Assembly (NCBI GenBank): GCA_041651115.1
Contig: JBAZJY010000002.1
Location: 286,855 to 350,854, forward strand
Direction of reading: 5' to 3'
Source: Candidatus Omnitrophota bacterium
GTDB lineage: Bacteria > Omnitrophota > Gorgyraeia > Gygaellales > Profunditerraquicolaceae
DNA: 64,000 bases
Position numbers and translations under genes: made by a program. The notes under the pieces are model-generated. The model ran no database searches. It was not told the DNA's origin and saw nothing but the letters and a program-made list of their open reading frames with translations. Positions 1 through 9,663 of this stretch are shown here, one piece after another (position 1 is the first letter of the stretch; each line of letters begins with the position of its first letter).

Positions 1-16
1 AGTAGGGGGGTGAGAG

Positions 17-415
17 ATGGGTAATAGGAAGAGGGTTCTTTTGATTGATGATGAAAAAGACCTTTGCGCGCTCACCAAGAAACTGCTTGAGAAAATAAGC
101 AATTACACAGTCGCTACTGCTACCAGCGGGCAGGAAGGCCTGCAGCTGGCAAAAGAAGACAAGCCGGACCTGATCGTTCTTGATATAATAATGCCGGGGA
201 TGAACGGGTTTGAAGTGCTGGAGGAACTGAAAAAAGACATTTCTTTAGCAGCGGTGCCGGTGATCATTTTAAGCGGCAAGAGCGATGAGGCATCCCGGGT
301 CAAGGCGCTGGAATTATATAATGAAATGTTCCTGATCAAGCCGGTTACTGCGCAGGAATTAAAAACCAAGATCGACGAAATATTCAAGATACGTATGCGG
401 GGAAATAATTTATAA
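17..415 (+). CDS. Stand-alone response regulator receiver domain protein (CheY-like)
   Basis: 132 aa; receiver-domain hallmarks LLIDDE, phospho-acceptor context DLIVLDIIMPGMNG, conserved K near C-terminus; no output domain. Confidence 0.8.
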   Translation: MGNRKRVLLIDDEKDLCALTKKLLEKISNYTVATATSGQEGLQLAKEDKPDLIVLDIIMPGMNGFEVLEELKKDISLAAVPVIILSGKSDEASRVKALELYNEMFLIKPVTAQELKTKIDEIFKIRMRGNNL

Positions 416-421
416 ACAACT

Positions 422-1696
422 ATGCTTGATCTTAAAGCTCTTGATCTGTTAATTTTTATTTCAGCTTACCTGCTCTTTGTTATCCTTCCTGGCCGCAGGA
501 TGCCGGTTGCCGTAGGCGCGGCTGTGTTAATGGTCTTAACAGGGATAATCTCATTAAAGCAGGCTTTTTTTGCGGTTAACTGGAATGTAATGGGGATTTT
601 CGTCGGAACGCTGGTCATCGCAGATATTTTTATGGAAAGCCGTGTTCCGGCATATATTGCCGAAGTTATCGTAAACAAATCGCGCAATACCGCCTGGTCA
701 ATACTATTGATCTGCGCTTTGACGGGTTTTATTTCTGCTTTTGTGGAGAATGTTGCTACGGTTTTGATCGTTGCTCCCATCGCCTTATCGCTGGCCAGGA
801 AATTACAGATCAGCCCGGTAAAAATGATGATTGCTATTGCAGTGTCTAGTAATTTACAGGGAGCGGCAACCTTAATCGGCGATCCGCCAAGCATGCTTTT
901 GGGCGGTTTTGCCAAAATGAACTTCGGAGATTTCTTCTTTTATCGCGGCCGGCCGAGCATATTTTTTGCCGTTGAGATAGGCGCGCTCGCTTCATTTGCC
1001 GTGCTTTATTTTATTTTCCACAGCCATAGGAAAAAGGTGGCGCTGATAGCGGTAGAGAAGGTACGGTCATGGTTTCCTACGGCCTTGTTGGTAAGCCTGA
1101 TCGTTTTACTTGCATTATCGTCTTTTCTTGATACCGGTTTCACGTATATGGCAGGCATATTGTGTATGGCGTTTGCCGTAATTGCGGTAATCTGGGAAAA
1201 ATTCATCAATAAAGGCTCGGTGGTCAAAGGCATAAAGTCCCTTGATTGGGATACAACCTTTTTCTTGATCGGGGTATTTATCCTTGTCGGCAGTATTGCG
1301 CTTAGCGGATGGATAGAGGTGATTTCCGGGCTGCTTGCCGGGATGATCGGTAAAAACATATTTCTCGGCTATACCCTTTTGGTATTTATTTCCGTTATTC
1401 TTTCCGCGTTTATAGATAATGTGCCGTTTCTGGCCGCGATGCTTCCGGTAGCGATCTCGCTTTCTGATAAACTCCAGGTTCATCCGTCGCTATTTCTCTT
1501 CGGTTTACTTATCGGAGCGAGCTTAGGCGGCAATATCACTCCGATAGGCGCCTCGGCAAATATCGTTGCCTGCGGCCTGCTGAAAAAAGAGGGCTATGAG
1601 GTGAAATTCCCGGAATTTATGAAGATCGGCGTGCCGTTTACGCTGGCTGCAGTAACTACGGCTTATTTATTCGTCTGGTTTATCTGGAAAAACTAA
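422..1696 (+). CDS. Polytopic anion permease, ArsB/NhaD (ion-transporter superfamily) type
   Basis: 424 aa, >10 predicted TM helices, duplicated halves with GDPPSMLLGG-like motif typical of ArsB/NhaD/CitMHS-type permeases; family assignment from memory only. Confidence 0.5.
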   Translation: MLDLKALDLLIFISAYLLFVILPGRRMPVAVGAAVLMVLTGIISLKQAFFAVNWNVMGIFVGTLVIADIFMESRVPAYIAEVIVNKSRNTAWSILLICALTGFISAFVENVATVLIVAPIALSLARKLQISPVKMMIAIAVSSNLQGAATLIGDPPSMLLGGFAKMNFGDFFFYRGRPSIFFAVEIGALASFAVLYFIFHSHRKKVALIAVEKVRSWFPTALLVSLIVLLALSSFLDTGFTYMAGILCMAFAVIAVIWEKFINKGSVVKGIKSLDWDTTFFLIGVFILVGSIALSGWIEVISGLLAGMIGKNIFLGYTLLVFISVILSAFIDNVPFLAAMLPVAISLSDKLQVHPSLFLFGLLIGASLGGNITPIGASANIVACGLLKKEGYEVKFPEFMKIGVPFTLAAVTTAYLFVWFIWKN

Positions 1697-1711
1697 ACAG
1701 GGGGTGCCGGA

Positions 1712-2038
1712 ATGGAAATGTTCCATGATCTGATAAACGCGGTTAGTTTTGCCCTGAACATTATCGGGGCGCTGGTGATTATCTGGGGCGTGATCATCAG
1801 CCTGATGGAATTCTTTCAAAGCGCGGCAGCGGAAAAAGGCGACTGCCTGAAGTGTAACGAAATCATCCGCCTTAAGCTCGGCAGCTACCTGGTGCTCGGC
1901 CTTGAATTTTTCATTGCCGGCGACATCATCAAAACCATAATCACGCCGACGTGGCAGAGCCTGGGCATGCTGGGAGTGATCGTGGTTATCCGCACCATCC
2001 TAAGCTATTTTTTGACAAAGGACCTGAGGAAAATATAA
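1712..2038 (+). CDS. Small membrane protein (DUF1622-like)
   Basis: 108 aa, two hydrophobic helices, sequence pattern recalled as DUF1622; RBS GGGGG upstream. Confidence 0.45.
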   Translation: MEMFHDLINAVSFALNIIGALVIIWGVIISLMEFFQSAAAEKGDCLKCNEIIRLKLGSYLVLGLEFFIAGDIIKTIITPTWQSLGMLGVIVVIRTILSYFLTKDLRKI

Positions 2039-2046
2039 CAAGGTAA

Positions 2047-4272
2047 ATGGAAAAGATCATTATCGGTATCCGGGGCATGCACTGCGCTTCCTGCGCCGTA
2101 AATATTGAAAAGTCTTTACGCGGCAGGGACGGAGTGGCCAGCGTAAACGTAAATTTTGCCTCGGAAAAGGCTTACCTTGAATATGATCCCGGTAAAGTCA
2201 CCCCTCCGGATTTAGAAAAAATAATTGAAAAAACAGGTTATCAGGTTGTTAGGCCCGCTGCGTTGCCGAAAGGGATAGAAGAGGATACCGGCCTTGACCG
2301 GGAACTGGTTTTGCGGCGCAAGGAAATATCGGCTGCCAGGATAAAATTTTTTATTTCATTACTGCTTTCCCTGCCGCTGATGTATTTCGGCATGGGCGGA
2401 AAATTCTCTAATATGGCGCTTGTGCAGTTTGTCCTGGCAACCCCGGTGTTGTTTGTCGGGTATCAATTTTTCACCCGTGGCCTGGCCGCTGTTATTACCG
2501 GGGGCAGCGCGAACATGGATACGTTGATCTCTCTTGGTGTGGGATCGGCTTATCTTTATAGTTTATATTCTTCGGTAATGATCTGGACAGGCAGGCAGCA
2601 CGCTGCCATGGAAGGCCTTTATTATGAGACAGCGGCGTTTCTTATTACCTTTATCCTTTTGGGCCGGCTCCTTGAAGCGATTGCCAAGGGCAAGGCTTCC
2701 GAAGCCATAAGAAAGCTTTTGGGTTTACAGCCGAAAACAGCGGTAGTGGTCAGGGAAGGCAAACAAGTAGAGATCCCCGTTAAAGAAGTCATTACCGGGG
2801 ACATAGTAGTGGTAAGGCCGGGCGAAAGGATCCCTGCCGACGGTATAGTTGTTGAGGGCCATTCCAGCGTTGATGAATCAATGATTACCGGCGAAAGCAT
2901 GCCCGTGGAAAAGACAACAGGCAGTCTGGTAACCGGAGCAACCATTAATAAAGCCGGCGCATTTAAATTCCGGGCAACGCGGGTCGGTAAAGATACGGTC
3001 TTGGCGCAGATCATCCGCTTGGTTGAGCAGGCCCAGGGATCCAAGGCACCTATCCAGCAGCTGGCTGATAAAATTTCCGCTTATTTTGTCCCGGCAGTGC
3101 TTTTGACCGCGATAGCAGCATTTCTCATCTGGCTGCTGTCCGGCGCGGAATTCAGCTTTGCTTTAAATATATTTATCTCAGTATTGATCATTGCCTGCCC
3201 ATGCGCCCTGGGCTTGGCTACTCCTACCGCGGTAATGGTAGCTACTGCCGTAGCTGCAAATAACGGCATCCTGATAAAAAATGCCCGTAGCCTGCAACTT
3301 GCCCATAAAATAAAAACGATCGTCTTTGATAAGACCGGGACTTTAACAAAAGGCAGGCCCGAGTTAACTGATATTGTTTCGGTAGGTAGCCTCAGCAGGC
3401 AGGAGGTATTAAAATATGCCGCCATCGCGGAAAAACGTTCGGAGCATCCCCTGGCAGAGGCGATGGTGGAAGCGGCAAAACAAGAAAATTTGGATATTCC
3501 CGACCCGGAAGCGTTTAATTCCCTTACCGGAAAAGGCGTGATCGCCCGTTTTAACTCGGAGATAATTGTTCTGGGTAACCGGAAATTATTCGTTGATCGG
3601 GGCATTGATATTTCCCGCTGGGAAGATAAACTAAGCGCGTTGGAAACGCAAGGCAAAACCGCGGTCTGCGTAAGTTATAAAAATGAGGTCATCGGGATTA
3701 TAGCCGCTTCGGATACGCTTAAGGAATTTTCCCGTAAGGCAGTAGATGCGCTAAAAAAACCGGGCAGGCAGGTATTGATGATTACCGGAGATAACCGCGT
3801 TACTGCCGCAGCGATTGCCCGCGACCTGGAAATAGACCGGGTCATTGCCGAGGTCCTGCCTCAGGAAAAGGCAGCGGAGATCAGAAAGTTGCGTAAGGCC
3901 GGGTCAATAGTGGCGATGGTCGGCGACGGGATCAACGACGCGCCTGCTTTGGCGCAGGCAGACATCGGTATTGCCGTCGGCGCAGGCACGGATATCGCGC
4001 TTGAATCGGCGGACATCGTGCTGATGAGCGATGACCTGCGTGACGTCTCGGCAGCCATAGACCTGTCGCGTTACGCGATGGAAAAGATCAAACAAAATCT
4101 TTTTTGGGCATTTATTTATAATATTATCGGCATTCCGGTTGCCGCGGGCATACTCTATCCCTTTTTTGGCTTCCTCCTCAACCCGGTGTTAGCCGGCGCG
4201 GCAATGGCATTCAGCTCGGTATCGGTAGTAGCTAATTCTTTGCTGATGCGCAGCTATAAGAAAAATATTTGA
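2047..4272 (+). CDS. copA: Copper-translocating P1B-type ATPase
   Basis: 741 aa; N-terminal HMA domain [15 protein letters not shown]; TM CPC motif ([10 protein letters not shown]); DKTGTLT phosphorylation site; GDGINDAP hinge. Confidence 0.9.
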   Translation: MEKIIIGIRGMHCASCAVNIEKSLRGRDGVASVNVNFASEKAYLEYDPGKVTPPDLEKIIEKTGYQVVRPAALPKGIEEDTGLDRELVLRRKEISAARIKFFISLLLSLPLMYFGMGGKFSNMALVQFVLATPVLFVGYQFFTRGLAAVITGGSANMDTLISLGVGSAYLYSLYSSVMIWTGRQHAAMEGLYYETAAFLITFILLGRLLEAIAKGKASEAIRKLLGLQPKTAVVVREGKQVEIPVKEVITGDIVVVRPGERIPADGIVVEGHSSVDESMITGESMPVEKTTGSLVTGATINKAGAFKFRATRVGKDTVLAQIIRLVEQAQGSKAPIQQLADKISAYFVPAVLLTAIAAFLIWLLSGAEFSFALNIFISVLIIACPCALGLATPTAVMVATAVAANNGILIKNARSLQLAHKIKTIVFDKTGTLTKGRPELTDIVSVGSLSRQEVLKYAAIAEKRSEHPLAEAMVEAAKQENLDIPDPEAFNSLTGKGVIARFNSEIIVLGNRKLFVDRGIDISRWEDKLSALETQGKTAVCVSYKNEVIGIIAASDTLKEFSRKAVDALKKPGRQVLMITGDNRVTAAAIARDLEIDRVIAEVLPQEKAAEIRKLRKAGSIVAMVGDGINDAPALAQADIGIAVGAGTDIALESADIVLMSDDLRDVSAAIDLSRYAMEKIKQNLFWAFIYNIIGIPVAAGILYPFFGFLLNPVLAGAAMAFSSVSVVANSLLMRSYKKNI

Positions 4273-4306
4273 CCGATATTTTTTGGGTGTATAATATAAA
4301 GGAAGA

Positions 4307-4337
4307 GATACCCAACTCAATCGGATGAGTTGGTATC
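4307..4337 (+). promoter_or_regulatory. Hairpin 1 with conserved AUCGGAUG loop (12-bp stem GATACCCAACTCA/TGAGTTGGTATC, 1-nt bulge), at predicted 5' end of transcript from TATAAT at 4290
   Basis: Read directly; loop ATCGGA(TG) identical to hairpins at 14697-14718 and 15970-16000 while stems differ (covariation); SD GGAGGAGGG 25 nt downstream. Confidence 0.45.
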
Positions 4338-4362
4338 CCATTTTCTATGGGAGGAGGGAAAG

Positions 4363-4461
4363 ATGATGACGGGGTTGGCAATAATACTTGCAATAGTAAT
4401 AGTGCTTTTTTTGTGCAGGAAATTTGGCGGCGGCTGCGGATGCTGCGGCGGAAAAAAATGA
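4363..4461 (+). CDS. Candidate 32-aa single-TM peptide ending CRKFGGGCGCCGGKK
   Basis: ATG preceded by GGAGGAGGG at 8 nt; hydrophobic TM stretch TGLAIILAIVIVLFL; stop overlaps next start (ATGA) suggesting translational coupling; shares CGCCG motif with peptide at 16026. Confidence 0.35.
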   Translation: MMTGLAIILAIVIVLFLCRKFGGGCGCCGGKK

Positions 4462-5207
4462 AGACGTTCGCCATTAAGGCCCAGTTGGTTGTTTTCCTTT
4501 CCTTCTTTGCGTTTTACCTCTCTTTTATCGATAAAGATAGCCGGTTCCTGCTTGCCCTGCTTGTTGCCGTGGCTTCAACTGCAGCCATAGACACGGCTTT
4601 TACTCTTCTCAAGCAAAAAAAATTCTCCATAACTTCCAGCTCCCTGATATCGGGCTTGATCATCGGGTTTGTGCTTTCAAGCGACCTGCCTTTATGGACT
4701 ATTGCCCTGGCTTCGCTGATCGCCATTGCCTCCAAGCATCTGATCAATTTTAAAGGCAGGCATGTGTATAACCCGGCAGCGCTGGGGATATTCGCGGTGA
4801 TAATAAGCCTGGACGCTTCCACGCAATGGCGGGGCACTTATTTTTGGCAGGCCCTTGTGCCTGCGGGATTATATTTTTCCTATAAGATCAGGAAGCTGGA
4901 GGTTATCGTCAGTTATTTTGTTGCCGGCTTTGCCTTATTCGGCGCTCAGGCTTTAATGCAGGGAGTAAGCCTGTCAAATGTCTTTGGCTACTTTAGTTAT
5001 TTTTACATATTCATCATGGTCATTGAGCCTAAAACAACGCCGACTAATCTGTTGGGTAAAGTGATCTTTGGCGTAATGCTTGCCGGCTTGATCTTTGTCC
5101 TCACCGGCGCAGCTGTCAGATTTGATGTTGAGCTTGCCAGCCTCTTGGCCATGAACAGCGCGACGCCGTTATTGAACCGGCTGAATATCGCCAAAAAGGG
5201 AGGGTAG
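4458..5207 (+). CDS. Integral membrane protein (about 8 TM), possible copper-associated (CopD-like?) or NqrB/RnfD-like; unassigned
   Basis: 249 aa from ATG at 4458 (the 4347 start in the ORF track is an upstream extension in the same frame through the small-ORF region); strongly hydrophobic; genomic context copA / CopC-like. Confidence 0.5.
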   Translation: MKTFAIKAQLVVFLSFFAFYLSFIDKDSRFLLALLVAVASTAAIDTAFTLLKQKKFSITSSSLISGLIIGFVLSSDLPLWTIALASLIAIASKHLINFKGRHVYNPAALGIFAVIISLDASTQWRGTYFWQALVPAGLYFSYKIRKLEVIVSYFVAGFALFGAQALMQGVSLSNVFGYFSYFYIFIMVIEPKTTPTNLLGKVIFGVMLAGLIFVLTGAAVRFDVELASLLAMNSATPLLNRLNIAKKGG

Positions 5208-5549
5208 GTGAAGAGGGCATTTTTTGTTTTATTGCTTATTTTTAGCGTGTGTGCGCCGGCGTTTGCGCACCCGCCATCTAAGATAATTATTTCTTACGAT
5301 CCTACCGTAGGGGAATTGCAGGCGCTGATTATCCATAATGTCAGTTCACCGGAAAGCCATTATATAAAAAAGATAGATATCGGGCTTAACGGTAAGGAGA
5401 TTGCCGAGCTTGAGTTTTCCCGGCAGGACAACAATGTCACCCAGACTCTCACCTATTTTATCCCGAATGTCAAGCCTGGCGATACCCTTTCAGTCGAGGC
5501 GTATTGCAGCATCAGCGGAAAGCTTGAGAAAGAAATAAAGGTCCAGTAG
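5208..5549 (+). CDS. Exported small beta-rich protein, CopC-like periplasmic copper-binding protein candidate
   Basis: 113 aa; signal peptide ...CAPAFA then mature N-terminus HPPSK (CopC family mature proteins begin His-Pro); context next to copA. Confidence 0.35.
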   Translation: MKRAFFVLLLIFSVCAPAFAHPPSKIIISYDPTVGELQALIIHNVSSPESHYIKKIDIGLNGKEIAELEFSRQDNNVTQTLTYFIPNVKPGDTLSVEAYCSISGKLEKEIKVQ

Positions 5550-5587
5550 CAAACTCCGGCCGTAATTTAAAAAATATTATTTTTCCC

Positions 5588-5617
5588 TTGACAAATGATA
5601 CTATTATGGTATCATTT
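5588..5617 (+). promoter_or_regulatory. Promoter (TTGACA -35 / TATCAT -10) overlapped by 9-7-9 perfect palindrome AAATGATAC-N7-GTATCATTT; candidate Rrf2 operator
   Basis: Read directly; sits 20 nt upstream of the Rrf2 regulator start; Rrf2 (NsrR/IscR) sites are AT-rich palindromes of similar size. Confidence 0.45.
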
Positions 5618-5637
5618 ACCAAGAATGGAGAAGAGCG

Positions 5638-6045
5638 ATGAAACTTATAACCAGGGATACGGATTACGCGGTAAGGGCGCTGGCGTATGTCGCAGCGGCC
5701 AGGCAGGACGTAGTTTCTGTAACGGAGTTGGTAAAAAAATTAAAGATCCCGCGGCCTTTCCTGCGCAAGATCCTCCAGACACTCAATAAAAAAGGGATCC
5801 TTGAATCGGCTAAGGGCTTTGGCGGCGGGTTCCGCCTGGCGGTTAAACCCGGGGATGTTTACTTGCTTAAGCTGATGGAAATTTTTCAGGGAAAATTCAG
5901 GCTTAATGAATGCCTTTTAAAAAATAAGTTTTGCCCGAATATTTCCCGCTGTCCGCTGCGCAAGAAAATAAACAACATCGAGCGTTATGTTATATCGGAA
6001 TTAAAAGGCGTTACTCTGGCTTCTTTAAATAAGAGGGGTGGATGA
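5638..6045 (+). CDS. Rrf2-family transcriptional regulator (NsrR/IscR-like, Cys-containing)
   Basis: 135 aa; N-terminal wHTH pattern DYAVRALAYVA...SVTELVKKL; C-terminal cysteines CLLKNKFCPNISRC consistent with Fe-S-binding Rrf2. Confidence 0.8.
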   Translation: MKLITRDTDYAVRALAYVAAARQDVVSVTELVKKLKIPRPFLRKILQTLNKKGILESAKGFGGGFRLAVKPGDVYLLKLMEIFQGKFRLNECLLKNKFCPNISRCPLRKKINNIERYVISELKGVTLASLNKRGG

Positions 6046-6275
6046 TGTTTTCTGGTTGTCCCGGGCAGGATAAACGGAATATTAAGGTTGAGTCAATCGC
6101 TTGTACGGCGTGCGGCTACGCAGTGGAGATATTTTCTGATGAGGCGAGGCAGAAATGCCCGAAATGCGGAAATTGGGCTAACCGCCAGAAGCTTGCCTCT
6201 TGCGCCTTGTGGTGCAAATCCGCCCGGGAGTGTATCGGTGAAGAGCGGTGGGAACAATTAATCAGGGGAGGTTGA
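6042..6275 (+). CDS. Small Cys-rich zinc-ribbon-like protein
   Basis: 77 aa, 8 Cys including CTACG...CPKCG ribbon pairs; overlaps rrf2 stop, immediately precedes hcp. Confidence 0.45.
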   Translation: MMFSGCPGQDKRNIKVESIACTACGYAVEIFSDEARQKCPKCGNWANRQKLASCALWCKSARECIGEERWEQLIRGG

Positions 6276-6278
6276 AAA

Positions 6279-7571
6279 ATGTTCTGCTATCAATGTGAAC
6301 AGACAGCAGGCGGTACCGGATGCCTAAAAACCGGAGTGTGCGGCAAGAATGAAGATATTCAAAGCCTGCAGGATATATTATTATTCGGCTTAAAGGGCAT
6401 TGCCGCGTATGCCTTTCACGCGCAGGAATTGGGCGCCAGAGATGCAGAAGTTGATGCGTTCATGCACGAAGCATTGTTTAAGACCATAACTAACGTCAGT
6501 TTTGACATCAATCAGTATGTCGGCATGGTCTTAAAATGCGGCGAGATGAACTTAAGGGTAATGGAACTTCTGGATAAGGCACATACGCAGAAGTTCGGGA
6601 ATCCCGTGCCTACGGCAGTGCCTACGGGTACGCGCAAAGGGCCGGGGATCCTTATAACCGGCCATGATCTGCTTGACCTTTATGAATTATTAAAACAAAC
6701 CGAAGGTACCGGGATAAACGTTTATACCCACAGTGAGATGCTTCCGGCGCACGGTTATCCGGAACTTAAGAAATTCAAGCATCTGGCAGGAAACTACGGT
6801 GGCGCATGGCAGGAACAAAAGAAGGAATTTAATGAATTTAGCGGCGCGATCCTGGTTACCACTAACTGCGTGCTTATCCCGCCGCAAAATTCCTACCTTG
6901 ACCGGCTGTTTACCGTAGGTATTGCAGGCGTAGAATGCGCAGCACATATAAAAAACAGAGATTTCTCTGCCGTGATTGCAAAGGCAAAGTCCTTGCCGCC
7001 CCTGCCGGAAGCCCCCGGGAAAACCATTATGACCGGTTTTCACCATACGGCGATCCTCGGCCTGGCCGATAAGATCATTGCCGCGGTAAAAGCCGGAAAG
7101 ATCAGGCGTTTCTTCTTGATCGGCGGCTGCGACGGAGCAAAACCGGGGCGTAATTATTATACGCAGCTTGCGGAAATTGTGCCCAAGGATTGCGTGATCC
7201 TGACGCTTGCCTGCGGGAAATACCGTTTCAATAAGCTTGATTTCGGCGAGATCGACGGTATCCCGCGCTTGATTGACATTGGCCAGTGCAATAATGCCTA
7301 TTCGGCAATACAGGTGGCGGCTGCTTTGGCAAAGGCATTTAACTGCAGCGTTAATGAGCTGCCGTTATCGATCGTGCTTTCGTGGTTTGAGCAGAAGGCA
7401 GTGGCAATACTATTGACCCTATTATATCTTGGCATTAAAGGCATGCGTGTCGGCCCGACGCCCCCGGCGTTCATTTCCGCGAACGTGTTCAAGCTGCTTC
7501 AGGAAAAATTCGACCTGAAGTTGATCGCTACTCCGGAAAAGGACCTGGCGGATATGCTGCAGGCAAAATAA
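6279..7571 (+). CDS. hcp: Hybrid-cluster protein (hydroxylamine reductase), short class-III type
   Basis: 430 aa; N-terminal cubane-cluster motif MFCYQCEQTAGGTGC...GVCGK; hybrid-cluster region ligands; length matches the short Hcp class. Confidence 0.85.
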   Translation: MFCYQCEQTAGGTGCLKTGVCGKNEDIQSLQDILLFGLKGIAAYAFHAQELGARDAEVDAFMHEALFKTITNVSFDINQYVGMVLKCGEMNLRVMELLDKAHTQKFGNPVPTAVPTGTRKGPGILITGHDLLDLYELLKQTEGTGINVYTHSEMLPAHGYPELKKFKHLAGNYGGAWQEQKKEFNEFSGAILVTTNCVLIPPQNSYLDRLFTVGIAGVECAAHIKNRDFSAVIAKAKSLPPLPEAPGKTIMTGFHHTAILGLADKIIAAVKAGKIRRFFLIGGCDGAKPGRNYYTQLAEIVPKDCVILTLACGKYRFNKLDFGEIDGIPRLIDIGQCNNAYSAIQVAAALAKAFNCSVNELPLSIVLSWFEQKAVAILLTLLYLGIKGMRVGPTPPAFISANVFKLLQEKFDLKLIATPEKDLADMLQAK

Positions 7572-7654
7572 AAAACGTTTGTTAACACTAAAATAAGAAG
7601 ATATAATAGAGACAGTATTCATCCTGCCTGATATCTTCTGCCTGTGAGTATATA

Positions 7655-8368
7655 ATGGTGAAAGAAATAAGAGCGCGTTTTATAGAAAAAATACCCCGGA
7701 CCGGCTCGGTAGAGAGCTTCCGATTTACGCCGGCTGAAAGCCCCGGCTTTTTACCGGGGCAGGCAGCGCAGCTTATCTTTGACGAAAATAACCGGAATAA
7801 CCGGGAGTTGAATAAATACCTTTCTTTTTCTTCTTCGCCGGAGAGGGCTTATGTAGAGTTTACTAAAAGAATAAGCTCAAGCGCTTTTTCAAAGCAGCTG
7901 GAAAATTTAAAATCCGGCGATGAGGTTTTGCTGAAAGCGCCGGTAGGCAATTGCGTATTCAGGGATGATTACGCAAAGATCGGGTTTTTGATCGGTGGCA
8001 TCGGCATTACTCCGGTTATTTCCATAATTGAGCATATCATGGACAAAAAACTTACTACCGACGCGTTGCTCCTTTATTCTAACCGCACTGATGACGACAT
8101 TGCCTTTAAAGAAGAACTGGACCGCTGGCAGGCGCTCAATAAGAATATTAAGGTAAGCTATATCGTTACAGATTGTCAGCCAAAGGATAATACTTGCATA
8201 CGCGGCGTGATAGATAAAGAGATGGTAAGCGAGAAGGTCTATGAGCTTAACAAAAGGATATTTTTTCTCTTTGGGCCTCCGGGAATGGTCGCGGCGATGA
8301 ACAACCTGTGTTTGGATTTGGGTTGCAGCGGAGAAAATATTAAGGCGGAGAATTTTGTAGGGTACTAA
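7655..8368 (+). CDS. FNR-like FAD/NAD(P)H oxidoreductase (possible Hcp reductase partner)
   Basis: 237 aa; ferredoxin-reductase-type FAD-binding (RxYS-like) and NAD-binding GGIGITP motif; follows hcp. Confidence 0.65.
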   Translation: MVKEIRARFIEKIPRTGSVESFRFTPAESPGFLPGQAAQLIFDENNRNNRELNKYLSFSSSPERAYVEFTKRISSSAFSKQLENLKSGDEVLLKAPVGNCVFRDDYAKIGFLIGGIGITPVISIIEHIMDKKLTTDALLLYSNRTDDDIAFKEELDRWQALNKNIKVSYIVTDCQPKDNTCIRGVIDKEMVSEKVYELNKRIFFLFGPPGMVAAMNNLCLDLGCSGENIKAENFVGY

Positions 8369-8388
8369 TATTAAAATGGAGGTGGAAA

Positions 8389-8784
8389 ATGGCAGGGATG
8401 AAAGAATTATTTCAGGCAGCTGATTGGAAAGCGGAAAAGCACGTACCGGTGATTGAGGCGGCGGATAAGGTAAAAAAAGGCGCATGGGTCGGGATAACCG
8501 TCAGTATCGGCAAAGAGATTCCCCATCCTAATACTACGGAGCATCATATTGCCTGGGCTGCGGTTTATTTTCTAGCTGCGGGTGAAAAGTTCTCTTACGA
8601 AATAGCTAAATTTGAATTTAACGCTCACGGCTCTTCAGTGCAGGGCCCCAACACCAGCACGATCTTTACTCATGCCCAAGGCACCTGTAATTTTAAGACG
8701 GATAAGCCCGGCACGATCATTGCCGCTTCTTATTGCAATATCCACGGCTTATGGGAAAATTTCAAAGAATTGAGTGTAGAATAA
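8389..8784 (+). CDS. Superoxide reductase (neelaredoxin / 1Fe-SOR)
   Basis: 131 aa; EKHVPVI motif, His ligands HH...H and C-NIHGLW (CxxHGxW) typical of desulfoferrodoxin/neelaredoxin centre II. Confidence 0.8.
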   Translation: MAGMKELFQAADWKAEKHVPVIEAADKVKKGAWVGITVSIGKEIPHPNTTEHHIAWAAVYFLAAGEKFSYEIAKFEFNAHGSSVQGPNTSTIFTHAQGTCNFKTDKPGTIIAASYCNIHGLWENFKELSVE

Positions 8785-9663
8785 ATGACTGAGCTGGATC
8801 CGCAGTTAAGGGACAGGATACTTAAGATACAGCAAAACGAGATCACCGAATACTTGATCTATAAAACGCTTGCTGCGATCGCCGGCTTAAAGCAGGATAA
8901 AAATAAAGCCGTGCTTGAGGCGATCTCCAACGATGAACTGTCCCATTATAACTTCTGGAAGAATTTTACGCAGGCGGAGGTAGCGCCGCAGCGGCTTAAG
9001 GTGAATTTTTACCTGTTCCTTGCCAGGACGCTTGGCTTAAGTTTCAGCCTTAAATTGATGGAGTCCGGCGAAGAAAACGCGCAATTAGTTTATGGAAAGC
9101 TTGCCTCGCTCGACCCGCAGGTAGTAAAAGTGATGCAGGATGAAGAACGTCATGAGCAGGAAGTCTTGGCGCTCATTGACGAAGAGCGGCTTAAGTATAC
9201 CGGTTCGATCATCCTCGGCCTTAACGACGCGCTGGTTGAATTGACCGGAGCGCTTTCCGGATTTACCCTAGCTTTGCAGAAAACAAAATTGATTGCCGTA
9301 GTCGGCCTGATTACCGGCATTGCCGCGGCGCTTTCTATGGCAGGTTCGGAATACCTCTCAACTAAAGAAGAGGGGTCAAAGAGCCCGGTTAAAGCGTGCG
9401 TATATACGGGAATAGCCTATATTTTTACCGTTATATTACTGATTCTACCCTTTTTTATCTTTCAGAGCCCTTTTGTCGCATTGGGATTGACAGTGTTTTT
9501 TGTTGCCTGCGTGATCTTTATTTTTACTTTTTACGTATCGGTTGCCAAGGGTCTTAATTTTAAGACGCGTTTTTTTGAGATGCTGGGGATTGCCCTTGGC
9601 GTTGCTATATTGAATTTCTTTATTGGATTGGCAGTAAAAAAATACCTGCATATTGACGCATAA
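8785..9663 (+). CDS. VIT1/CCC1-family iron/manganese transporter with N-terminal ferritin-like domain
   Basis: 292 aa; N-terminal rubrerythrin/ferritin-like helices (ELSHYNFW, EERHEQE); C-terminal membrane domain with GLNDALVELTGALSG signature of the VIT family. Confidence 0.6.
   Translation: MTELDPQLRDRILKIQQNEITEYLIYKTLAAIAGLKQDKNKAVLEAISNDELSHYNFWKNFTQAEVAPQRLKVNFYLFLARTLGLSFSLKLMESGEENAQLVYGKLASLDPQVVKVMQDEERHEQEVLALIDEERLKYTGSIILGLNDALVELTGALSGFTLALQKTKLIAVVGLITGIAAALSMAGSEYLSTKEEGSKSPVKACVYTGIAYIFTVILLILPFFIFQSPFVALGLTVFFVACVIFIFTFYVSVAKGLNFKTRFFEMLGIALGVAILNFFIGLAVKKYLHIDA

Noticed and set aside
103-387. Minus-strand ORFs nested inside plus-strand genes throughout the track (e.g. 103-387, 466-915, 1115-1483, 3081-3656, 29854-30444, 33272-33868, 43569-44126, 49930-51054)
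   Set aside because: They overlap well-supported plus-strand genes with clear family motifs. Their translations are low-complexity or Ser/Ala/Arg/Pro-rich in the way antisense frames of real genes typically are. No RBS or promoter support.
4347-4457. Upstream extension of the membrane protein gene (MGGGKDDDGVGNN...) in the ORF track
   Set aside because: Gly/Asp/Asn-rich non-protein-like N-terminus. Internal ATG at 4458 gives a hydrophobic N-terminus typical of the family. The alternative frame contains the better-supported small ORF 4363-4461.
5594-5617. Fur/PerR box at the rrf2-hcp promoter
   Set aside because: Resembles AT-rich Fur-type sites superficially, but the half-sites (AAATGATAC) and 9-7-9 geometry do not fit the 7-1-7 TGATAATnATTATCA Fur/PerR consensus. 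The adjacent Rrf2 regulator is the more parsimonious binder.
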